A DNA stretch of 64,000 nt from Candidatus Latescibacterota bacterium. Lineage in GTDB: Bacteria; Latescibacterota; UBA2968; GCA-2709665. The stretch spans positions 2,016,001 through 2,080,000 of the forward strand of contig OZ241917.1 in NCBI GenBank assembly GCA_965203805.1. The letters are read 5' to 3'. The notes beneath the pieces are model-generated. The model was not told the origin of the DNA. It was given only the letters and a program-made list of their open reading frames with translations, and ran no database searches. This document shows, piece by piece, positions 31,015 to 40,100 of the stretch; the stretch's first letter is position 1, and each line of letters opens with the position of its first letter. Made by a program: the position numbers and the translations under genes.

Positions 31015-31863
31015 ATGGATACCGACCTGGCAACGTATCTGTTTGACCTTCGAGGTTATCTGCATCTTGAGAACGCGCTCTCCGGCGATGAAGTCGTGGA
31101 AATCAACGCCTGCCTGGACGAGATTCCGCCGCTCAGGCCGGGGGAGTGGTTCGGCAACGTCCACGCCCACACCTACGGAGACGACACGTCCGGCCTGAAT
31201 CTGCAACAAATCTATGAAGCCGGGGAGCCCTTTGAGAACCTGATCGACCATCCTGCGTGGTTCGAACTGGTCAAGCGCTTCGTGGGAGGCGAGGGCAGCT
31301 TCGACCACCACCACGGCCCCCTGTTCATCGACGAGAATTTCGCGAATTTTCGCGAACCCGGCGAAGCCATCGGGCTGCACTCCGGCGGGTACCCGCCCAT
31401 ATTGCGCAATCAGTTTCGCTACCACGGCGGACGCTTCATGTGCGGGCAGATCAACATCCTGGTCGCGCTTACCGACGTCGGGCCCGGCGACGGCGGCACC
31501 ATGGTCATCCCGGGGAGCCACAAGTCCAACTTCAAACACCCCCACTTCGACAGACACAGGATGTCCAGAAACGCCACGGTCGAAGGCATCAAGGGCGCCG
31601 TCGAAATTCAGATGAATGCAGGGGACGCGCTGTTGTTTGTGGACGGCATCTCGCATGGTTCCGCCCGGCGTTCCAACCCGGGTACGCGGCGCGTGGTCGT
31701 CTACCGTTACGGACCTTCATGGGGAAACTTCCGACACGGCTATCAACCGTCCCCGGAACTCCTGCGGAGGCTCACGCCGGAGCGGCGGCGAATCGTGCAG
31801 CCGCAGCGCCTCATCCCTCGAGGATCGCCGGAAAAAGCCGATTCAACGTCAGGGTCAGAGTAG
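31015..31863 (+). CDS. PhyH-family Fe(II)/2OG enzyme, HxG motif
   Basis: YLFDLRGYL, LHSG, IPGSHK, SHGS..R. Confidence 0.85.
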   Translation: MDTDLATYLFDLRGYLHLENALSGDEVVEINACLDEIPPLRPGEWFGNVHAHTYGDDTSGLNLQQIYEAGEPFENLIDHPAWFELVKRFVGGEGSFDHHHGPLFIDENFANFREPGEAIGLHSGGYPPILRNQFRYHGGRFMCGQINILVALTDVGPGDGGTMVIPGSHKSNFKHPHFDRHRMSRNATVEGIKGAVEIQMNAGDALLFVDGISHGSARRSNPGTRRVVVYRYGPSWGNFRHGYQPSPELLRRLTPERRRIVQPQRLIPRGSPEKADSTSGSE

Positions 31864-31910
31864 GATCGACGCACTCACTTTAATCCCATACAAAGACCGA
31901 GGAGGCTCAC

Positions 31911-32642
31911 ATGGCTAACTCTCAGGACATGCTGGAAGCATTGAAGAACTTCGACACCCCGTCAATCACGAACGTCGTGGCCACGTATCCCGGAAACCCG
32001 CTCTGCCTGAGCCTCTACAATCCCTGGACGGAAAACTGGTACACGGACCAATCGATCAAATGCATGTACCCCGAGTTGGGCCGCACGGTCGGTTACGCGG
32101 TGACGTGCGTCTTCGGACTGCCCGACCCCGACTACACCTCTCTGTCGTTTCTGGACGTGATCGACGCGCTGGACGCGTCTCCCAAACCCACCGTGCTCGT
32201 CTTCCAGCAGAAATTCCCGCCTGAACTCGCTGCCAAGGTCGGACTGGCCGGAGGCAACATGACCTCGGCCATGAAAGCGGTCGGATGCGTGGGCGCCATC
32301 TCCAACGGGCCCTCCCGCGACATCGACGAGATTCGTCCCATGCGATTTCAATATATGCTGAGCGGCGTCACCGCCGGGCACGGCGGCATGGATGTGCACG
32401 CCGTCAATGTGCCGGTCTCGGTAGGCGGAATGGACGTGGCTCCCGGCGAGATCATCCATATGGACGAGAACGGCGCGTGCAAATTTCCCGCCGACAAACT
32501 GGAAGCCGTTCTCAATAACGTCCGTGCGCTGCAGAAGGAAGAGGAGGAACGAATGGGCGCCCTGCTGAACGCCTCGTCAGCCGATGAAGTCCGGGCGATC
32601 CTGGGCGGACATACTTACGCCGGCGAGGACGAAAAAGACTGA
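31911..32642 (+). CDS. RraA / HMG aldolase family protein
   Basis: DTPSI.N, VGYAVT, GPSRD, PGEIIHMDENG. Confidence 0.85.
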   Translation: MANSQDMLEALKNFDTPSITNVVATYPGNPLCLSLYNPWTENWYTDQSIKCMYPELGRTVGYAVTCVFGLPDPDYTSLSFLDVIDALDASPKPTVLVFQQKFPPELAAKVGLAGGNMTSAMKAVGCVGAISNGPSRDIDEIRPMRFQYMLSGVTAGHGGMDVHAVNVPVSVGGMDVAPGEIIHMDENGACKFPADKLEAVLNNVRALQKEEEERMGALLNASSADEVRAILGGHTYAGEDEKD

Positions 32643-32781
32643 CACCGGGAATGCAGTCTGCCCCGGACAAATCAGACCTGCCTCGAGAACCTGTCCCGAT
32701 TGGGGATCGGGAATTGCTCGCGCGGTTGGGGGATGGACGAAACGTGGACGTACATTCCACGTACTTTCGAAATTTCCGAGG

Positions 32782-35700
32782 CTACGCCACGATCCTGACG
32801 CGATCGCCGACAGCCGTTGAATACACTTCGAATGACTCGCCGATAACCTTCGAAAAATCAAATACTTCCTTCACGATGAAGGTCGTTCGTCCTCGCATCT
32901 TGCGAACGGTGAACACGCGATCTCCGATCCGTAGCCGGCATCCGGGATACGCACCGCCTTTCGGATGATCCACGGTGCTTTCGAATCTGGATCGCTTCCC
33001 GGATGCCACGTTGCCCCTGCCCCTCACGAACCTGGGCATGTCTGCCAGGAAGACACGGCTGCCGCCGCTCTCGCGCTCGATTCGCTCCACCCGATACACC
33101 GTTTCCAGCCCCGACGGATGCCGGACGTAGACCACCATTCCGTTAAGCGACCCATCCTCAGGCAATTGACTATCCAGCACCATTTCACTGCGCCCCGGTG
33201 TGCCGGAAATGTCTCCCGCCAGTTCCGTGACGACCCCTTTGTAGTCGGAAATCCTCTGAACTTCCGATTCGCCGACCCTTAACCGCGACCCTTCAATCAC
33301 ATCGAGATCGACGTCTGCAGAGGCTTCGCTCACCACGCCCGCCCGTCCCCTGAGTTCAAATTGCCTGCCATCCGGCAGGGTCGTAACCAACCCCACGCCC
33401 ATGGGATCGATCGCAAGGGTCCGGACCCCGCCGCGTTCCTCCACCTGTATCACAATGCCGGACCCGTCTCGCGCCACCACTCTCGCACCTCGTACGAAGC
33501 CCTCGCCGTTATGGGCTTCGATAACCGTAACGAACGCGCTCGTTTCGTTTCGTTGCCGCAGGCAGACTGTACGCAGCCAGAAATCGTCCAATTTGCCGTC
33601 GTCCTCCCGCGTCCGGCGGATGGAGGGTGCTGCGCTTGCCAGCAATCGGCCCGCCTGCACGCCCAGAAACCTGACGTCCACCTGCGTGCCCTCGCCGTCG
33701 AAACGCACCTTGAAATCTTGGGACACATCTGCCGCGTGGGTGCGTTTCAGATATCCGTAGAGGGCGCCGTCCGTCCCGTCTCCGCGCAGAATCATCTCCG
33801 CTTCGGCGGCTCGCAGTCCCACTTCCGTGGAAATCGTCTGGTCGAAGTCGGCCGATCCGTGCAGCAGATAGTCGTGCACGTCACCGCCCTTCACCTCGAA
33901 CAGGTCCACGACGTACCCGCTATTGGGCCCCGTTGGGACGAGCATCATCGATCGACGATACACGGCCGTATTCTCAAAGGCTCCCGCTGCTTCCGCGCAA
34001 ACGAATCCAACGCGCGTACGGGAAGCCGGGCGATAGCAAAGCAGCCGCCCGCTTTCTCTGGTCTGCTCCTGTCCGTCGACGACCACGGTATTGTGGCTGC
34101 CAACCGTCGTCGCCCACTCCCGGTAACGGGTATGCGTGTATCCGATGTCCGACAGCAGTTCCTGTCCGAACACATCCATGCCCATCGCGAGGGTATCGTA
34201 ATGGTGATGCCCGCCCCATGGACCATAACCCAGCGTCGCGCGTACGGCTTCCTTCGATCGTCCCACGCCCAGGATGACGTCGCCGGCCGCCGGCAACAGA
34301 TAATTCGAGGGCGCGAGCGCGAGCAGGTCCTCGTCCGTGACACGCCCGTCGGCTTCCGACATCCGTCGAAAGAGCGCATACTCGACGTCGGCGACTGGAA
34401 TGCGGGAGCTGCCTCTGATTTCATCCGCTGCTTCCACGAATTTGCCCATAGACGCAATCTGACTGGAAACACGTGCAAAACCGGTACTCAGCGCCCACGA
34501 ATCGTTGGCCATGAACGTGCGTCCGTCCGGCATGAACAACCCCAGCGGCGCCGTATAGACTCGCTCCAGAAACGGCATCTCTCCGAAAACGTCGATTCCG
34601 CCGGGCCCACTGATGACATCAGGCACACGAAGGATCCCGTTTGTAATCATATTGAAGTAGTTGAGCGTATTCTCGTGCCAGTACCCGTCGTAATTGTAGC
34701 AGTTATCGATTAATGTCCGATACAACCCGTACCCACCGGCCACGAAGTCCGGTTCGCCGAGGACCCTCCCCACGAGGGCCAGCCCGTTGATCCTGCCGCC
34801 GTCGTAATTGGTCGAACCATGGGGAATTTCCAGTGTGTGCCGGATGGCCTCGTACAGAAGGTCTTGCTCGATGGCCTTGCGCACATCCCTGCCCTCGACT
34901 TCGGACAGCCTCTCGATGGCGCCGCTGTCGGAAATCAGGTCGTAAACCTGAGCCAGCCGGAACGCGTTGTACGCGTCCGAAAAGGGACTGGCATGAAAAT
35001 TCCCCATTCTGGCGGAAACGAACGGAAAGGGCGGATCCTTGTAGAAGTGGTTCTCGTAGAATCCCTTCCGGTCGGCGTGCAGATAGGACACGCCCAGTCC
35101 GTGCACGGGATAGTTCTTGTAGACTTCCGAAAGCCGATCCAGGATCACCGCCGCTTTCTGCGCATACGCAATTTCGCCGGTAAGCACGTAGGCTATTGAC
35201 AGGGGATCCGCCATTCGGACCACCTGGTATTGCGTGTAGTTCAGCAGCATATTTTCGAAAAAATACCGCATTCCCTCGTCATCTTCCCAATACCGGTATC
35301 GCACCGTCCCGCCGGCAGGACCTACGACCTCGATCTCTCCCACGGGCTGATGTTCCGGGCCCGGGAACACGCTCCCGCATATCTTGCACCGAACGCGTTC
35401 CGGAGCCTCCGGCGACCACTCCCAGAAATGGATCCGCCAGCTTCTCTTTCTCCGGTCCACGGGACAACGCGGGAGAGGAAAGTTAACCTGGTCGGAAATA
35501 CCGGCACGAATCTGCGCGTCCGGCATTTCGAGAATCTCGCGGTTGGCAATCCACCTCAATTGCCCGTCTCTGAACCGTCTGGCCCATTCGTGGGATTCCG
35601 CTCGCCGGCGCGCCCGCTCGATCTGATCCGGAGTATAGAAGAGCGGGTGTTTCACCCCACGCGGAAACGGCCGTTCGCCTTCCCAGTACCGTTTTTCCCT

Positions 35701-35829
35701 TGAACAGTCGATTCGTTCGATTCCCATATCATTCCTCCACAACGCCCGATCGCATCCCGCCGCAAGAACCACGGTGCCCAGACCGGCGTCCCGCAGAAAC
35801 TCCCGTCTCGTGAGTAAATGCTCTGACAT
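32782..35829 (-). CDS. heparinase II/III-like lyase, Tat-exported lipoprotein
   Basis: Start moved to MSEHLLTRREFL (twin Arg), LAAGC; GHHHYD, HNTVVVD. Confidence 0.8.
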   Translation of the reverse strand: MSEHLLTRREFLRDAGLGTVVLAAGCDRALWRNDMGIERIDCSREKRYWEGERPFPRGVKHPLFYTPDQIERARRRAESHEWARRFRDGQLRWIANREILEMPDAQIRAGISDQVNFPLPRCPVDRRKRSWRIHFWEWSPEAPERVRCKICGSVFPGPEHQPVGEIEVVGPAGGTVRYRYWEDDEGMRYFFENMLLNYTQYQVVRMADPLSIAYVLTGEIAYAQKAAVILDRLSEVYKNYPVHGLGVSYLHADRKGFYENHFYKDPPFPFVSARMGNFHASPFSDAYNAFRLAQVYDLISDSGAIERLSEVEGRDVRKAIEQDLLYEAIRHTLEIPHGSTNYDGGRINGLALVGRVLGEPDFVAGGYGLYRTLIDNCYNYDGYWHENTLNYFNMITNGILRVPDVISGPGGIDVFGEMPFLERVYTAPLGLFMPDGRTFMANDSWALSTGFARVSSQIASMGKFVEAADEIRGSSRIPVADVEYALFRRMSEADGRVTDEDLLALAPSNYLLPAAGDVILGVGRSKEAVRATLGYGPWGGHHHYDTLAMGMDVFGQELLSDIGYTHTRYREWATTVGSHNTVVVDGQEQTRESGRLLCYRPASRTRVGFVCAEAAGAFENTAVYRRSMMLVPTGPNSGYVVDLFEVKGGDVHDYLLHGSADFDQTISTEVGLRAAEAEMILRGDGTDGALYGYLKRTHAADVSQDFKVRFDGEGTQVDVRFLGVQAGRLLASAAPSIRRTREDDGKLDDFWLRTVCLRQRNETSAFVTVIEAHNGEGFVRGARVVARDGSGIVIQVEERGGVRTLAIDPMGVGLVTTLPDGRQFELRGRAGVVSEASADVDLDVIEGSRLRVGESEVQRISDYKGVVTELAGDISGTPGRSEMVLDSQLPEDGSLNGMVVYVRHPSGLETVYRVERIERESGGSRVFLADMPRFVRGRGNVASGKRSRFESTVDHPKGGAYPGCRLRIGDRVFTVRKMRGRTTFIVKEVFDFSKVIGESFEVYSTAVGDRVRIVA

Positions 35830-36104
35830 CTGGCGCACCCGTAAACGCACGGCCCTGCAGGCGCCGTAACGGTCATCATCTAACATACGAACTCCATCGG
35901 GCGTTCGACGATGGGCGACGTCCCGAAATAAGACGCCGAAAGCAATTCCCGTGTTTCGGACACCCCCGTGTGGGATCGTGTGTTCCACGGAATACCGCCC
36001 GGCTGCGGAAATATACGCCGGCCACTTATCGAAGTCCAGACACACCGTGAAGCCGATTTGAGTTCGTGCCGTCCATCGCTATCCGAAAAAAACGAACGCA
36101 ACCC

Positions 36105-36153
36105 TTGACATTTCCTAATCAATTCGTCATATTACTAATAATATAGTAATGTG
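36105..36153 (+). promoter_or_regulatory. promoter with overlapping palindromic operator for the BlaI-family repressor
   Basis: TTGACA-17-CATATT; inverted repeat CATATTACTA-N6-TAGTAATGTG (36128-36153). Confidence 0.75.
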
Positions 36154-36277
36154 CAACAAGAAAAATCGCCGGCAACGCCTGGACATCCACCGGCCGCGCG
36201 CTGTTCACCGAACACGCAAGCGAATCCGCCAGATTGCTTGAAATCCGGAAATCAGGCAGAGACGAAAGGAGACTGAC

Positions 36278-36676
36278 ATGGCGAAGAAAAGACGATTGGC
36301 CGAAGCGGAATGGGAGGTGATGGACGGCGTCTGGCAATTCGGTCGCCGGGTTACCGTTCGCGAGGTTGTGGATCACCTCTATCCCAACGGCGAGAAGGCC
36401 TATACGACGGTTCAGACGATCATGAATATTCTGACTGCAAAGGGCGTACTTGACCGGGAAAAGATCGGTCCCGTCAATGTGTACAGATCCGCGCTTTCGC
36501 GGCAGGATGTCGCACAGGCCGAAACGCGCACCCTGGTATCGCGCATGTTCGAGGGTTCCTTCGGCGCCCTGGCGACCTATCTCGTGGATTCGGGCGAACT
36601 CTCGAAGAAGGAGCTCGATGAATTGCGGGCACTGATCGAGGAAAGAGAAAAGGCGAAGGAAGGAGGCCCGACGTGA
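36278..36676 (+). CDS. BlaI/MecI/CopY family repressor
   Basis: LAEAEWEVM..VW, AYTTVQTIM..L..KG, FEGS. Confidence 0.92.
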   Translation: MAKKRRLAEAEWEVMDGVWQFGRRVTVREVVDHLYPNGEKAYTTVQTIMNILTAKGVLDREKIGPVNVYRSALSRQDVAQAETRTLVSRMFEGSFGALATYLVDSGELSKKELDELRALIEEREKAKEGGPT

Positions 36677-39600
36677 ACACGTTAATACATCTGGCGGAAA
36701 CGTGGTGGCCGCTCTATGCCGTGCACATGGTCGAAATCTCGTTCTTCATTGTTCTTGTGTGGTCCGTGGACCGGTGGTTCGCGCTGGATTCACGGTTGAG
36801 ATACGCGCTCTATCTGCTGGCCCTTGCGAAGGTGTTTGTACCGCCGGTACTGGCCATCCCGATACCCGCGTTTCTGGTTTCTCCAGCAGGTGTCGCAGTG
36901 AACGCAACCGCTTATTTCGGAGCGGTATCTGAAGCCGTCGCTGTCGCTCCCGAACCTGCGGCCACGCTTCCGCCGGCGTTCTATTTGTTCTGTCTGTGGA
37001 TTCTCTCGGTCCTTGTCTGGACGGGCGCGGCGCTGTGGAAAAACGCGGCCTTTCGCCGTGCGCTGAAGCCGGCAAGCCCGGTGGACCTGGCAAGCGAGAT
37101 CGCGTCACTGAACGCACCGGAGACCTTGAAAGTGTATTCCAAGCCAACCCTGCCCTCTCCCATTCTGGTGGGCCTGCGGAGGCCGCGGTTGTTCCTGCCC
37201 TCGAAGTGGTCTTCGTGGTCGTCTGAAGAACTGCGAGGCGTCTTGAAGCACGAACTGGCGCACCATGAACGGCGTGACATCTACGTGCTGATTCTGCAGG
37301 CCCTGGCAACGGCGCTGTTTGGCGCAAATCCGTTAATCTGGCTGTTGAACCGAAGGTTGTCATACCTGCGCGAATTGCGCTGTGACGAAGCGGTGCTGCG
37401 CGAGACGAATCTGACACCTGCCGATTACGGGCGCCTGCTGCTGGGCTTTGTCGACACGCGGTCCTCCCCGGGACCGCTGACCGTATTCTTCACCGAGCGA
37501 GGCGCGACGCTGAAGAAACGCCTGGAGCACATCCTCAACTACAAGGCGGGCAATATGAATCGGTCAAAGTGGCAGTTTGTAACGCTAATACTCGTCGGCC
37601 TGATGATAGTGCCGCTCTCGATCCGTGAAGCATATACACAGAATGACGTCTCAAAGTCGGCCACAAACGTCGAGATGGCCGTCCCCGAGAAAGTACAGCG
37701 GACTGCGCCACCCGTTACGGGCAATTCGGACACTGTTACGGTTGGAGTCCCAACCGACGACGAGGCTGAAGTGGAAAAGAAGCCCGTTACGATTTCGCAG
37801 CTCAAGAGTTCAGTTGCTGTTAATGATGCCTTTATGCAATTCGTGAATTCTCGTACCGCACCTGATACAGGGTTCACCGCCACGGTAACCTTGAACGTAA
37901 GGGCCGACGTACACGGCTCAGTGGAAGACGTGAAGCTTGTGAACGTCGAAGGGCCGGCAGGATTCGAAAACGCGGTAAGAGACGCCGTTTCGCGAATGAA
38001 ATTTGAGCCAGCGAAGCACGATAGTGTAAATGCGCCGGTATGGTTTACCCAGCAAATGTCGTATCACTGGCATGGCACATCAAAGCGCTCAAATCCGGCA
38101 AATCTCCTCGCTGCCCCGGACACTGGCCTGGTCGACGTCATTGAAATTGACCAGGTCGAAACGAAACCCCATCCGATACACATTGTCGGCCCGGAATTTC
38201 CCGAAGAGGCATTCAAGATCAAAACAGAGGGAATGGTTACGCTGAGACTTATCGTGAATGTCGACAGTTCGGTTAGCGACGTGACGGTTTTGAGCGGGCC
38301 CGAAATATTCCATAGAGCCGCAGTAGATGCGGTGTTGCAGTGGCGGTTCAGACCGGCGAAGATTGGTGGTCGAGCAGTGCCCGTATCGTTGGTTATGCCG
38401 ATTGGATTTTCCCACAACGCTGAGAATGAGCATGAAATCTTGCCCGCAAAGAGAACCGGCCAAGCTCCCACTGAAAATCCCGATCGAGTTACCGCACCAA
38501 AACCTGGTCAGGGAGATAATGGCGATCAAAAAACTCTCGAATTCTGGTCGGTAGACGAGAAACCAGTCGTCTCGCATGCCGTTGAGCCCATTTATCCCGA
38601 TGCGGCAAGAAAAGCACGTCTGACGGGAAACGTGTTCTTGAAATTCAAGGTGAACGTGGATGGATCAGTAAGCGATGTAAACGTAATCAAAGGCAACGTG
38701 GTCTTTAAAAAATCGGCGATCGACGCCGCGTCGCAATATCGGTTCATTCCCGCGAAACACGACGGTAAGCCCGTCGCGGTGTGGATGACGCACCGAATCA
38801 AGTTTAATCTGCCCAAGCAAGAGGCCGGGCGACCCGAAGACCAAACCGACGTTCAAGCTGAGACGACTTTCGAGATTTGGGACGTGGACATTAAGCCAGT
38901 CGTTACGCATTCCGCTCAACCAATCTATCCAGAATTGGCACGTTTAACCGGGGGAAGGACGGGGTCTGTACACGTCAAGTTCATAGTCAACGAAAATGGA
39001 TCGGTAAGCGACGTACGTCCGCTAAAAGGTCAATCGATATTTATTAAACCTGCGATTGATGCGATATCACAATACAGGTTTAAGCCTGCCGAGTACGAAA
39101 ACGAGCCCGTCGCAGTGTGGATGACCCACCGGATCAACTTTCAACCACCCGAACCAAAGGCCACAATTGACGGCGAAAACGTCTTTGACTTACGAACCGT
39201 AGACAAAACACCGGTTGTCGTGCATGCCGTACAGCCGATTTATCCCGACGTGTCGAAAGAAGCAGGCCTGGTGGGACAGGTTGCTTTGAAATTCAAGGTC
39301 GGCGTGGATGGCACCGTGAGCAACGTCGACGCATTCGTCCTCAAAGGCGGTGAGGATTTTCGCAAGCCCGCGATTGAAGCAATAACACGATTTCTCTACA
39401 AGCCTGCCGAACACGAGGGAAAGCCTGTTGCGGTGTGGATGACACACCATTTTACGTTCACGCCCCCAGAACCTGGAGACGGCACAGATCACCGTACGGG
39501 CGATATCGGTAGGGATAAAGTCTTCGAGATTTCAGAGGTGGACATAGCGCCCGTCCCTCCGAGCCTGCTTGAAGTTCGCCCAAATTATCCGGAGGTGGCG

Positions 39601-39861
39601 CAAAAAGCGGGCTTAACTGGAAGAGTTGTGTTGAAGTTCAAGGTCGATGAGGATGGGTCAGTGAGCGATGTACACGTCCTGAAAGGCGACGAGATATTTC
39701 GCGAGCCTGCAATTGAATCAGTTACCCGACTTCGTTACAAACCAGCTATACGCGCCGGTAAAGCCGTGCCCGTGTGGTTAACAATGTCCGTAACGTTCGC
39801 GCTCCCTGACCATCAGGACGACACAGTTCCCGACACGAGCAATCCTGGCACCGGGAATTAA
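36673..39861 (+). CDS. M56 (BlaR1-type) metallopeptidase fused to six TonB C-terminal domains
   Basis: HELAH, NPLIW, RELRCDE; repeated P.YP..A....G.V..KF.V..DG.V...F.PA...G.PV.VW units. Confidence 0.9.
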   Translation: MNTLIHLAETWWPLYAVHMVEISFFIVLVWSVDRWFALDSRLRYALYLLALAKVFVPPVLAIPIPAFLVSPAGVAVNATAYFGAVSEAVAVAPEPAATLPPAFYLFCLWILSVLVWTGAALWKNAAFRRALKPASPVDLASEIASLNAPETLKVYSKPTLPSPILVGLRRPRLFLPSKWSSWSSEELRGVLKHELAHHERRDIYVLILQALATALFGANPLIWLLNRRLSYLRELRCDEAVLRETNLTPADYGRLLLGFVDTRSSPGPLTVFFTERGATLKKRLEHILNYKAGNMNRSKWQFVTLILVGLMIVPLSIREAYTQNDVSKSATNVEMAVPEKVQRTAPPVTGNSDTVTVGVPTDDEAEVEKKPVTISQLKSSVAVNDAFMQFVNSRTAPDTGFTATVTLNVRADVHGSVEDVKLVNVEGPAGFENAVRDAVSRMKFEPAKHDSVNAPVWFTQQMSYHWHGTSKRSNPANLLAAPDTGLVDVIEIDQVETKPHPIHIVGPEFPEEAFKIKTEGMVTLRLIVNVDSSVSDVTVLSGPEIFHRAAVDAVLQWRFRPAKIGGRAVPVSLVMPIGFSHNAENEHEILPAKRTGQAPTENPDRVTAPKPGQGDNGDQKTLEFWSVDEKPVVSHAVEPIYPDAARKARLTGNVFLKFKVNVDGSVSDVNVIKGNVVFKKSAIDAASQYRFIPAKHDGKPVAVWMTHRIKFNLPKQEAGRPEDQTDVQAETTFEIWDVDIKPVVTHSAQPIYPELARLTGGRTGSVHVKFIVNENGSVSDVRPLKGQSIFIKPAIDAISQYRFKPAEYENEPVAVWMTHRINFQPPEPKATIDGENVFDLRTVDKTPVVVHAVQPIYPDVSKEAGLVGQVALKFKVGVDGTVSNVDAFVLKGGEDFRKPAIEAITRFLYKPAEHEGKPVAVWMTHHFTFTPPEPGDGTDHRTGDIGRDKVFEISEVDIAPVPPSLLEVRPNYPEVAQKAGLTGRVVLKFKVDEDGSVSDVHVLKGDEIFREPAIESVTRLRYKPAIRAGKAVPVWLTMSVTFALPDHQDDTVPDTSNPGTGN

Positions 39862-40100
39862 CGTGCTTCGGCCTGTTTTTATTTCGGAAGCTCACGCTGA
39901 TTCTCGGGGAAGTTCCTGAAATCCAAAAAAACTCGCAGCCTCGGCGTCTTCGTGCCAGCCTGTAAATCAAACAACATTGTCAATTGGTGCTCGCTGTCAC
40001 CTTATATTGTCAGCCGCGATACATGAACGGTGCCTCGAATGTGTCTGGAATCGGTCAAACAACGCCAAGGACAAGGCCACCGATGAATGGCGGACCGACA

